In this document: positions 51,699 through 64,000 of the stretch, in pieces
How positions within the stretch are numbered: the stretch's first letter is position 1
Layout: every line of letters starts with the position of its first letter
Origin: the human T2T-CHM13v2.0 reference genome, Homo sapiens
DNA: 64,000 nucleotides
Assembly: GCF_009914755.1 (NCBI RefSeq)
Contig: NC_060927.1
Reading direction: 5' to 3' (one strand)
The notes under the pieces: model-generated
Seen by the model: only the letters and a program-made list of their open reading frames with translations
What the model was told of the DNA's origin: nothing
Databases searched by the model: none
Position numbers and translations under genes: made by a program

Positions 51699-54142
51699 TA
51701 TGCATACCTCAGAAATATTGCGGGTTTGGTTCCAGACCATGGCACTACAGTGAGTTACATAATTTTTGTTTGTTATTTCTCAGTGAATATAAAAGTCATC
51801 TGTTAAGTGTAAAATAACATAATGTCTAAAAACTACATCTTAATTTAATAATACTTATTTGCTACAAACGTGCTAATAATTATTTAAGCCTCCCATGAGT
51901 TATAATCTTTCTGCTGGCCTTACTGTTGATGCTTGCTGGCTGATCAGGGTGTTGGTTGCTTAAGTTTGGGGCAGCTGTGGTAAGTAAAATAGCAATGAAG
52001 TTTGATGCATCGACTGGCTCTTCCTTTCGTGAAAGTTTTCTGTGTAGCATGCAGTGTTGTTTGATAGCATTTCACTTACAGTAGAACTACTTTTAAAGTT
52101 GGAGTGAATCCTCTCAAACTCTGCCACTGCTTAGTTAATTAAGTTGATGTAATATTGTAAATATTTGTTGTCAGTTTAACAATGTTCACACCATCTTCAC
52201 CAGGAGATGAATATGAAACCACTTCTTTGCTCATCTGTAAGCATCTCAAGATACCACTTTCTCTGTTCACCCGTAAGGAACAACCCCTCAATTGTTAAAG
52301 TTTTATTATGAGATTCATACAATTTGGTCACATCTTCAGGCTCCACTTCTAATTATTTTTCTCTTGTTCTTTCCATGCCATTTACATCTATTTTCTAAAA
52401 TCTTGAATCTTCAAAGTCATCCGTGAGGATTAGAATCAACTTCTTCAAACTCCTATAAATGTTGATATTTTGACTTTCTTCCATGAATCATGAACATTCT
52501 TAAAGGTATCTTGAATGGAGAATACTTTCCAAGAGTTATTTTTTAATTTACTTTGCCCAGTTCCATCAGAGAAATCACTGTCTATAGCAGCTATAGCCTT
52601 ATAAAATGTATTTCTTAAATAATAAGACTTTAAAGTAAAAATGACTCCTTGATCTATGGTCTGCAGATTGGATGTTGTGTCAACAGGAATGAAAACAACA
52701 TTAATATCCTTGTACACCTCCATGACAGCTCTTGGGTGATGAGGTACATTGTCACTGATGAGTAATAGTTTGAAAGTAATTATTTCTAAGTTCTAAGTTT
52801 CAACCTTGGGCTTAAAATATTCAGCAAACCATGCTGTAAACAGATGTGCTATCATCAGGTCTTTATTGTTCTATTTCTAGAGCACAGGCAGAATAGATTT
52901 AGCAGAATCCTTAAGGGCTCTAGGCAGAATACTAAATGAGCTATGGGTTCAACTTAAATTTACCAGCAGCATTAGTCCCTAACAAGAGAGTATACCTATC
53001 ATTTGAAATTTTGATGTCAGACACTGGCTTCTTCTCTCTACCTATGTAAGCCCTAGATGACGTTTTCTAACATGAGAATGTTCTTTTTTTTTTCTACTTA
53101 CAGAGTCTGTTGTTTAGTGTAGCCAACTCATGACTTATCTTACATAGATCTTTTGGGTAACTTGCTGCAGCTTCTAATCAGCATTTGCTACTTTGCCTTG
53201 CTATTTTGTGTTGTGGAGAGAGCTTCCTTCCTTAAGTCTCATGAATCAATCTCTGTTAGCTTCAAACTTTTTTTTTTTCTGCAGCTTCCTCATGTATTTC
53301 AAACTACATAGAATTAAAGAGAGTTGGGGCCTTGCTCTGAGTGAGGTTTGGCTTAAGGGAATGTTGTGGTCTGAGTGAAGTTTGGCTTAAGGGAATGTTG
53401 CTCTGAGTGAAGTTTGGCTTAAGGGAATGCTGTCATCTTCTACCCAGACCACTCAAATTTTCACCATAATGGAAATAAAGCTGTTTTGCTATTCTTGTAT
53501 TCACTGGAGTAGCATTTTTAATTTTCCTCAAGAGTTTTTCTTTTGCCTTCACAGGTTGTCTAACTGGTACAAGAGGCCTAGCTTTCAGCCTATCTCAGCG
53601 CTCAACATGCCTTTCTCACTAAGCTTAATCATTTTTAGCTTTTGCTATAAAGTGAGAAAAGTGTGACTTTCACTGGAATACCTAAAGGCCATTGTACGGT
53701 TACTAACTGACCTAATTTCAGTATTGTTCTGTCTTAAGGAATAGGGAGGCCCTAGGAGAGGGAGAGAGATGGAGGAACGATTGGTTGGTGGATCAGTCAG
53801 AACACACACATTTATCCATTAAGTTCACCATCATATATGGGTACAGTTTGTAGTTCCCCAACACAATTACAAAAGTAACCCCAAACATCACTGATTGCAG
53901 ACCACTGTAATCAAGTATAATAATAATGAAGATGTTTAAAATATTGCAAGAATTACCAATATGTGACACAGAGACTCAAAGTGAGCACATACTGTTGGGA
54001 AAAATGATACTGATAGTTTTACTTGACATGGGATTGCCACAAACCTTCAATTTGAAAAAGATCTCCAAAGTGTAATTTTGTAAAAGTTTGTAAAAATATT
54101 TGCGAAGTGTAAAATGTGGCAGATTAAGAGGAGATATGTCTG
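51699..54142 (-). mobile_element. Essentially full-length Tigger1 DNA transposon with decayed transposase
   Basis: TIR remnants tatgcatacctc (51699) and gagatatgtctg (54131-54142); about 2.44 kb. ORF 52445-52723 [20 protein letters not shown] is a pogo-type DDD-domain remnant. Confidence 0.93.
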
Positions 54143-55609
54143 AAGCTGGAAAGTTAGGGTGCTGAGACAGAAACTTTAAAGTCAGATTGCCTGACGCCCA
54201 AGCTTTGGCCATTTTATTTGCACAATTCTAGGTCTTTACATTATAGGCTCATTATATTGTTCATGCAAGTCTAGAGGAGAAAACTACAACAAAGTCTGAA
54301 GTACCAATGTTAAATTGATTATGATTATTTAAATGTTTTTTTATTCGTTTTTGTTTTTGCTGGTATTTCAATTAAATGTGATAGTAAAGGTAAATTAGTT
54401 TTCATTTTTACTTATTTTTAATATGTGAAAAATTATAAAAATTAACTTATGTTCCATGTAATCATTAACATACTAAAATAATATTTTAAAAGTAATCACC
54501 AATTCCTTTTTTTTTTCTCACCTTTGCGTCACCACACTCTCAATCTAAAGCTAAGCAAATAAAACTCCTGGTGTGTTCCAAACTGTTTTTCAACTTTTAG
54601 AATCAAGTTGTGAAGAAAGTATGGTTGATTTACTTTACAGGAGAGTAATTGAAGACATAACTGCTCAACTTGGGTAGAATTTTGCAGTGTTATCTTAAAT
54701 TCATATAGTTTAACCGTCCACAAAGCTATTTTAGAAATTAAAGGCAGAATTATGTGATTGATTTCAACTATGATAAATTTATATCCATGTGGCAAAAAAC
54801 TTGATATCACACACACACTCATAAATATTGCATTATATTTATACATTAAAGATACATTAAGTCTATATTTAATTTTGTTATAATTTAATAATGAGAATGC
54901 CGTGTCATATTTGCTTTCTCATTAAATCTACACAATATTTTATAAAATATAAAGAGGTGAGATGACTTGCCTGAGACCAGAAAGCTAGTAAGTGGCAGAA
55001 TTGGAATAAAAGCCGAAGCTTTCACCTTCATTCTCCATTGCAATTTTATTCTCTTTCTCTTTTTCTTTCTGAAAACATTATCTAGGTTCTCTCTGAATAT
55101 TCTTGAAAAAATATATGATTACTGCTTCTTATGTCAAGTATTTATTTTTCTAAATTTTTACTACTATATTTTTGGAGATACATGTGATAATGTTCTGATT
55201 AGTACAGCATCAGTGTTAAATCTACACAGCATGTTCAAAAATTACTTGAAAAATGTATATCATTAGCATTCTGTTATACAAATTATAAAATTTAATATTA
55301 ATCAAGACAACATTATAATACTCATACCCAGGCTATTATTAATGTAATTTTTATTGTACATAACACAAGGATGCTTTATTAGCAATCTACAATTTAACGT
55401 TGCGTCTATTATTTTTAGAATCTATGACATACACATGCTATTTGAGTTATTAGAGCATCACATTATAAAAATAAAAGTATGGAGAAAATTACGCATTATA
55501 TGTTTGAAAAAAATAATTATTGACCTACTACATTGTGATAAGATCCTTAAAAAGCAGTAATGAACACACAATGTTTATGAAGTAGACTTCTAAGAAAGAT
55601 GGAAGTCAT

Positions 55610-57050
55610 CTAGTGTGAAGGGCCATGGTTGTGCTCTGTGGGTTATTTACTCAGAACAAGGGAGAGAAGACTGAGTTGTTACTAACAGTAGTACTGTTGC
55701 TTTATTCTTTCTCTAAACATGATAATAATAAATATTTCAAGAATATGGTTTTGAAGAAGCTACCCATGCAATCCAGAATGATGCACTCTTGCTCCAAAAT
55801 CTAGAGAACTTCACTGAGTCTCATCTGTCTAAGCTTTCCAGTAACCTGCCACAGTATCATTATATATCATAGATACCTCTTGGACCACAGCCTGCACCTG
55901 CTGTAGAGCCTTCTCAAAACCAGCAACCTTCTGAGTCACCTGGAAAACAGATGATATAAGTATGCCCAATGTTTTACATATTATCTCCAAAATTCAAAAG
56001 TAGCTGATCAAATATTTTGCCTCTTTTCCTTTGATGGAGGTTGAGATGAATTGTATCATCCTTTTTTTCCCCCAATGAGATGTCTCAACATGTGAAATAT
56101 CACTGTACTCCTAATATTTCCCTGATGATAATAAGCCTTTTTAGAGTTTATCTTCCAGTCTCTGGTGTACATGTATTTTACCAGACTAACTAACATAGTT
56201 ACCACTTGTCAAACATGTCTTATTAACATGATGTCATTAAGATAGTGCACCAGTAGATGTTCTGTCAATTATCAGTAAAAGTTTAAGTAAAATTTATTTG
56301 GACTATATAGTTACAGAGAGCAGAAGAGTTAACTCTGGCCTGGGACAAGACTAAAAACAATTACTACAGTCTGATGTGCTTTCCTGATGGGACTGAAATG
56401 AAGGCATTCACCAGATCAATAGCTGAGTATCAAGTGTGAGAAGCTGTGATGACATGTTCTGGAAAAGTCACCACATCATGTGAGGCAGTGCAAATTGTGG
56501 CTACAACTTCTTTTGAAGTTCAATTTAGTTCTTCTTCTGCCCTGATTCATCTTGTTTTTGAAGTTGTAATTCTGATTTTTTTAAAAGGGTATGATGGGCA
56601 CCACCAGTGCTACATTTTTTAAGTCTGTATGAGTGGTTCTAATATTTGTCATTGTACCTTGGATATAACTGCTTCAGTTTTACTAATTAGGTCAAGGAAG
56701 GGAACTTTCAGTGACTTCCATTTGGCCTTTCCCCTAATAATCGATCCGTGGACTTCATATCAGTGTTCTGCTAATTGCTAAATATATCTACCTCAATTAT
56801 GTACTCAGGGATATAAGAAATAGTCACAGGTGTGATATGTGAACTTATACTTGTAAAACAGCCTTGTACCAGGACCAAGTGCTTCTCACAGTGCTTCTAC
56901 ATGGTCCCACTGTAGGAGGGGAACTGTAATGGCATTTTGGGTCTCTTTATATGAACATCTCTGTAGACCCCATATACAATATCCCTTGAAAGATGTATTT
57001 CCCCATTATATGGGTACTCTGATAAATTGCCATAGATCTCTTTGAGAAAC
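55610..57050 (-). mobile_element. Ancient ERVL-class internal fragment (reverse transcriptase region)
   Basis: Minus-strand translations give, in correct order, AIDLVNAFI (about 56425-56399), VLSQARVNS (about 56352-56326), LVHYLNDIM (56253-56227) and EKALQQVQAV (about 55916-55887). Confidence 0.75.
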
Positions 57051-57382
57051 AGCTGCTGGTTATATTTGCTGTAACACTACAAAATGCTTCCTCAAAGGGA
57101 CACAACATCTTTGAAATTATTTATGAATTTCACTTTCATTTTTTACTTCTAAATTATTTTAATGTATAAAGTGTATCACCTATTATTTAGTATATGGCTG
57201 CTCAGAATATGAAGTAAGTGGCCAACAGACTTATTATCTGGAAGAGTTGTTAGATCACTCAAATGTACTGAACTAGAAGTCTGTATTTTATCAAGATCCT
57301 CGGTATTACCTAAATACATTAAAATTTGTGATACTAAGATGGTATATATACACTGGCCAACTTGTATGAGTAATTAACATTT

Positions 57383-57648
57383 TCTTTTTATTTTATATAT
57401 ATATATATTTTTATTTTTCTTGAGACAAGTGCTCACTCTGTCACCCAGGCTGGAGTGCAGCCTTGGCCTCCATGGTTCAAGCTATACTCTGGCCTCAGCT
57501 CCCCAAGTAGCTGGGACTACATGCCTGCACCACCATGTCCAGCTAATTTTGTGTTGTCCAGGCTGGTCTCGAACTCCTTGCTCAAGTGATCCACCTACCT
57601 CAGCCTCCCAAATGCTGGGATTAAAGGCGTGAGCCACAGCACCTGGCC
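57383..57648 (-). mobile_element. AluJ-like with internal deletions
   Basis: Decayed TSD agtaattaacattt / agtaacaaacattt. Confidence 0.85.
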
Positions 57649-58060
57649 AGTAACAAACATTTTATGTTTTATCAGTTTTATTTATAAATCAAGTTATAAA
57701 ATTGGTTGTAGACAAGAATGTTAAAAACTCTTATGTATTAAAAAAATCAAAAGATCACAGTTACTACATTAGCTCCTGAGTAACATGCTAATAATATATA
57801 GAAATTGTCATACTGGAATTTTAGTTCATAAATTATGGATTCATGCACTTACCACCTTTATATGAGTGTCTTTTAAACATCTCATAGAAACCAGCATTTC
57901 TGATGTACACATTCCTATGGGTTTTGTGCTGTAGCAATTTTGCTCACAAGGTGCTCTGTTAATATAATAATGTAATATGATATTACATATCATATGATTG
58001 TAATTAGAGAAATGCAATTATTGTTTTTCCTCTAAAAGTGCTTGAAAATAAAAGATTCTT

Positions 58061-58370
<310 letters not shown>

Positions 58371-59163
58371 GATTCTTTGCTTAGAAAATAATAGATGACG
58401 TACATTTTGAATCACAAAAACCAGCTTATCTGTTGTGTAAGATAGTATAGTATTTTTCTATTTGATGATATTGTAAATTACATAGGGATTCATTTAACCC
58501 TAGAATTCAATTAAACCAGAAAGTTTTTTTTTTTAATTATAAGGTAATTTTCATTTAGCAACATTCAAGCACATTTTTCAAATAAACTATTCAACATTTT
58601 TTGAGACTTTAGGTGTTGTGAACTGAAAGTTTCTTTATGGATGATTACTCTGAAAAAGATTTAACTCGAAAATAAGTGTGTATTATATACTAATATAAAA
58701 TTATAGAATAAAGTAGTGGTACTCTCCCTGTTAAACACTCTTAAGCTATATCACATATATTCAGGCAGATGTAAATGCAAACATATCCATATCTAGACAT
58801 GCATATATAAGGAAACGTGATAGGTAGACAGATATAGATAGCTATATACAGACATAGATATGAAGATATAGATGACAGTTATAAATAATGCCTCCATATC
58901 ACAATGTTTATTTGGTAATTATCATTGGAGCCATGAGTCAGTTGTGTTCATTTTACTCTTGGAGACACTGAGGCTTAAAGCAGGTGAACTACCTCCTAAG
59001 ACCATATTTAGCTAGCAGCAAAGTCTGAAATCAGGTATTATAACTCTTTGCTGAAATATCTTCTGAGGTTTTCATTTTACTTAGCAACTTCCTATTATGA
59101 CTTTTCATAATGTCAGATTAAAACATTATTAAAAGCAGATTAACATCTAAAAAAAATTTTACA

Positions 59164-59302
59164 TTTATTTTTCTTTTCTTTTTGTAGAGATGGGGTCTTG
59201 CTATGTTGTCCATGCTAGTCTCAAACTCCTGGGCTCAAGTGATTCTTCCACCTCAGGCTCTCAAAGTGCTGTGATTATAGGCATGAGATACCACACCTGG
59301 CT
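59164..59302 (-). mobile_element. FLAM/AluJ left monomer
   Basis: gtagagatggggtcttgctatgttg...cctgggctcaagtgat...cacctggct. Confidence 0.85.
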
Positions 59303-61030
59303 ACTATTTTAAAAGTTTGAAAAAAATGAGTAGTTGCTACCAATAAAATACGTGCTTATTTTAAATTAAATAATCCAATATTGTTTGTAGTGTTCTTTGC
59401 TTTTAACGGCCCAGGGGATTCATTCTGCCACTTATTCTTCAAGGTAATTAAGGGTATCAATTGCACATGATATGTTACACTGCATTAGGATGAAGGTATA
59501 ATCAATAAGTGGCCAGTTCATTCAGTATTTTGAAGACTTTGCAAAATGGAAGGTCATGCCTGATGAGAATACAATAGCAAAAGTGTCACCAAATGATTAC
59601 CGTGATTTGACAGTAATTAGAGTATTATTTTTACATAGATGCAGTATTTAACGTGGTTACTATCTTATGTGAAATTTAATATTGAGCTCTTCTTGCCTGC
59701 AATATCTTATTGGCAACCTAACTCCTAAGTGAAATTTCAGCTCAGTATGTAGCTTTAAATGTCCATGTAGTACAGTTCTTTTTTTTGAGTTTAATAAATA
59801 AGTGAGTACATTTTTTCAAAGTGTCATTTGGTAAAACATAGCTAAATATGTATATAGTCAAATTTCTAATATTTTTTCAACAAATAATTGTGTTTCTGAG
59901 CAGAGTGCCGAATTCAGTACAGTGGTGTCAGGGAGACAGTACAAAGACCTATAAGTTAAGAAAAGCAGTAATAGTAATAAAATAAATATTATAATTTAAT
60001 TGTTCTGACAAGTCTTTCCTCTGGGCATTATATCCCCAATTTTACAACTGTGCAAAGTGAGACAAAGAAAAGTTAAATTGCCTGCTTAAAGTCACATAAC
60101 TATATGAGTGTTCATGATTTGATCTCAGGTTTATTTACAAGAAAACTACTTGCATTTATGTCAAATTTGAAAACAACTGGTCCTTCTGTCAAAGGGCTCA
60201 TTATTAATGTACAGATACCCAGAAGCACAAAATTAGCAAAATGACTAAGCAGACGATCTTGAAAATACACAAGTTTAAACAAAATGATAAGAGGGCTCTG
60301 TAGAGTTGGCGTTTAAATCTGACTTTAGCAAATATGGAATGATTCTCAGATAGGGTAACATTTGACCCTGAACTTAGATGTTGAATTTTGATGGACAAAA
60401 AGGTGTTAGGCATGTCAGCAATATTGATGACTGGGAGTAAAGACAATGATGCATACTAGATCCTAGCGTGCCCAGGTAAAAGCAAGCAGTTTGGTACCAA
60501 AGAAACATAAAAAACAGAGAATAACAGAAAAGGAGAGAACAGTAGCTGAAAATGAGATTTTATAAAGTTATATTTAAAAAACCTTATGAAGATACTTACT
60601 TGCCATGCCAAGGAATTTTAATTTTTTTAAGTAACAAAAAAATAGAAAAAATAGAGAGAGCAATATAGTAATGTTCTAGGGTGAAATGGCATGGAGAGAG
60701 ATGAAGTCAAGGGTATCATTTGGGAGGATATCATAAGAACTTAACTGCAGTCACATACATTCCTCTTCTTGTCCATATAACTAGTGAGTTTAGTGTGCAT
60801 CCAGAGTCATTCTCTGAACTGATTGATAATATTAATTATGATGATTACATGCATTTAGATATCACTTTTTGGCCCAAATTTGTTCATATGTCACCATATT
60901 CAGTCCTAGGAATAGGAGAAATGAGAAAAATGGTGCAGGTATTCCATCAGCAATTTGGAGATACAGAATTTTTAATAGAAAAATTAATGTAACTGCTTAG
61001 AGTCATACAAGTAAATAACTGAAGAAAACA

Positions 61031-61112
61031 AAGTGAAATAAGTCAGGTACAGAAAAGCAAACTGCACATGTTCTCACTCATTTATGGAAGCTAAAAATTA
61101 AAATAATTGAAC
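61031..61112 (+). mobile_element. Small L1MA 3' fragment
   Basis: aagtgaaataagtcaggtacagaaaagcaaactgcacatgttctcactcatttatggaagctaaaaatt. Confidence 0.75.
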
Positions 61113-62559
61113 TTCCAACCCTTTTCATTATAGCTTACAGCAAGTTCTAAGTAATAAATGCAAAATATAACATATTTTAATATTCATTTATATATTTCAA
61201 TATTTAAATTGGATATCTATTTTTGAAACATCGAATAGATTAACACTTTATATGTATTTGCTTTTTCAAATATAGAACACCATATTAAAAATTAATTCAA
61301 CAAATATTTATTGAGTACCTGTTAGCATGAACTAGTCACTGATGAGGAAAGAAGAGTAATGAAAACTAAAGCCTAGTAATGAAGGTAGAAATTAATCTAA
61401 TAATAAGCAGAAATAGTCATTTCTCTTCTCTTCATTACTTATTTTTTAATTACAGAAATTTTTATTCATAATTTATATGCTTAAGTTTATAATGCAATGG
61501 AATATATTTAGACAAATGTAATTGTTTTAAACTTATAAGCTACTGAAAACCTTGTCATAACTATGTGTCCAGTTCTTATAATTTTTTGATGCAGTCTGGC
61601 AGCAAGTCTTTTGAAATATACTTCAAAAGCTTTGAAATCAGAGTTTTACTGGGAAGTAAATATGGCATATAAAAGTACAAGAAGATGAAGGATTTATAGC
61701 TCAGCTTCCCCACATAACCTCACAAAAGAAAATCCAGGAGATTTTTCTGTCAAAGAGAATAGATGGGGTTCAATCATGATAAGGCTTTAAAAAGTATCTC
61801 TAGACACCTCTAGATCAAAATGACACATGTCTAAGCATCCACCAATGTATGGTCTCCACATTTTTTATGCATAGATATATGGAAAGATGAAAACTCTCAG
61901 CAATTTGAAGAAAGAAAGACTGGCACAAAGAAAATCGACAACATGGTGGGAAATATCTCATTAACAATAAAGCGTCTGGATGTGGATTATGAAAAACCTA
62001 GCTAGACTTTATAGCACATGCCAAAATCTTTCATGGGGAGGCACCAAGAAATAATTTAAAAGTGGCTTCATTTCTATATTATTCACTCATAATTTGCTGA
62101 CCCAGGAACTCGGAGCGTGAACTGCTCAGAAAAGATGGCAGAAATTTGTTTCCTCACTTAGGGAATTGATTTGTGAGTTATGCACCCCTTCTTCAAACTC
62201 TAAATCTACACATTCTCCATATTCACAGTATATTTTAAAAGTTAGAGTAGATTTAGGTATCAAAAGCTATACGCTTAATTTAGAGACTGACTGATGGTAC
62301 TATTGCACACTTGAAGAAGTCTATGCAGATATATAAGAGAGGACAATTATAATTATCTGTGTACTGTAATAGATTTAAGAACATAAAAGCCAGGTCAAAA
62401 AACAAATCAAAAAGATTAAAGTGTGAAAATAAAGGAATTGTACTAGAAACTCAACCTTGTTTGAGTTTATCTCTAGCTAGAAAATTTTAAATGAAGCGAA
62501 AAAGTCCTGAAAAGACTGAAAGAGGCGAAAGGTACTTCATTTTGGAAAATCTTTGTAGT

Positions 62560-63849
62560 CTTTTTTTTTTCTAATATAAAGAATATGTGTCTTCAGTGTA
62601 TCACAAGGAGAACATTGGCTAATATTAAAAAGCAGAAAAATTTTTTATCAAGTATTCAAAATAAGAAATAAGAAAAAATATCATGGAAATGACAAATCTA
62701 TTTAAATCTGTACTAAAAACTGTAAAGAGCAGAATTGATCAAGTCAACACAAACAAATACCTAAAAACAAAACTAAAAAAATCCCAAAAATGCAATAAAT
62801 GAGTAGAACAATTTGTATGCCTTTGAATAAGTTTGAAGAAGAGCTCTTAAAATGAAGAAGAAAGGTCAAAGTGGTTAACATTACGAGAGGCAAGATTATC
62901 AGTATAGATTATTGATAACAAGAATCAAATATGTGAGTCTTGAAGATTATACCAGATTATAATACACAGGAATTAAAATAGTTATATATAGAAGAGATTC
63001 ATAGAAAGCCAAGCTAAAACAACAATAATTTAACAAGAAAATTTAGTTTTAAATGAAAATTGCCAGCTACAGTAAACAAACAGGTAAGTGTGTGCTATGT
63101 TCAGGGGGCAAATACTGTCAAAAGAAACAACTTCAACAAAACTTAGATTTTGGGTTTAGCATTAAAACCTTGACAGGGTCTACTATAAATGTGTTATCAC
63201 GACACAAGAATGATTCAAGAAAATGAAATAAGGGACGTACTGATTTGAAAGAAATGATTAAAAATAAAAATATTTACTTGCAAAATATATTAGTGTGCAT
63301 AAGGGAAATACTAAGAAAATTTAAGAAATGCTACTAGAACTAATTAAGTGGATTTAATAAGTTTGTAAGGTAGAAGATTAATTTTAAAAAATTAATTTAT
63401 TTCATATATAACAATAAACAATTTAAACTTAATTTTAAAATATCTATCTACAATATCATAAAAAACTTGTGAAATATTTTATCAAAATATATGTAAGTCC
63501 TATATACTGAAACTATAAAACATTACTGAGAAAAATTAAAGAAGACCTAATCAAATGGAAAGCAGTATCATGTTCATGTTTTGGAAAACTGGATATTGTT
63601 AAGATGATAATTTTTGCCAGAGTGATCTATAGATTTAATGTTATCCCAAACAAAATTCCAGCTGTGTTCTAAATAGAACCTGACCTGCATATTCTGAAAT
63701 TTATGTACACATACAAATGGCCAAAAAGAGTCAATATTACATTTAATTTTTTAAAAACAATATTGGATGATAGCAGTACACTAATGCAATACTACAAAGC
63801 TACAGTAATCTTGAGAGTATGATAATTACCTAAGCATAAACATATAAGT
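62560..63849 (+). mobile_element. Ancient L1M(C-E) ORF1/ORF2 remnants
   Basis: gaaactataaaacattactgagaaaaattaaagaagacctaa; tactacaaagctacagtaatc. Confidence 0.65.
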
Positions 63850-64000
63850 TGTGTACCAAAAAGTATCTGAGACAGGCCCCAATAAATTTAGAAAGTTTAT
63901 TTTGTCAAGGTTAAGGATGCATCCATGACATAGCCTCAGGAGGTTCTGATGACAGGTGCCCAAGGTGATCGGGGTAAAGCTTGGTTTTATACATTTTATA
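63850..64000 (-). mobile_element. MER4-family ERV1 LTR (runs off the right edge)
   Basis: atctgagacagg...tttagaaagtttattttgtcaaggttaagga...gcctcaggaggttctgatgac...cttggttttatacatttta. Confidence 0.8.

Noticed and set aside
52445-52723. TIGD1-like gene
   Set aside because: Short open stretch of a multiply disrupted Tigger1 transposase.
53336-53432. CRISPR-like 30-bp repeats
   Set aside because: No spacers, no cas genes, and it sits in a eukaryotic transposon.

Overview
Primate, probably human, AT-rich, CpG-poor non-coding DNA (intergenic or deep intronic), largely made of interspersed repeats. It holds young and old LINE-1s, about 12 Alus, ERVL/MaLR/ERV1 LTR pieces, a full-length Tigger1, a MADE2 and MIRs. 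I find no credible host protein-coding gene, RNA gene or CRISPR array. The recognisable ORFs are decayed L1 ORF2, Tigger1 transposase or Alu read-throughs, and I cannot support a new biological system here. The notable signals are mechanistic: (i) a 3'-truncated AluYb-lineage fragment at an apparent recent deletion junction; (ii) an apparent gene-conversion tract between two L1s about 8.2 kb apart; (iii) four 5'-inverted (twin-primed) L1s, one skipping about 3.8 kb with inverted-segment ends near known L1 splice acceptors; (iv) several orphan L1 5' ends implying post-insertion deletions. Repeat names and consensus comparisons are from memory and need RepeatMasker/Dfam confirmation. Boundaries of old repeats are approximate.
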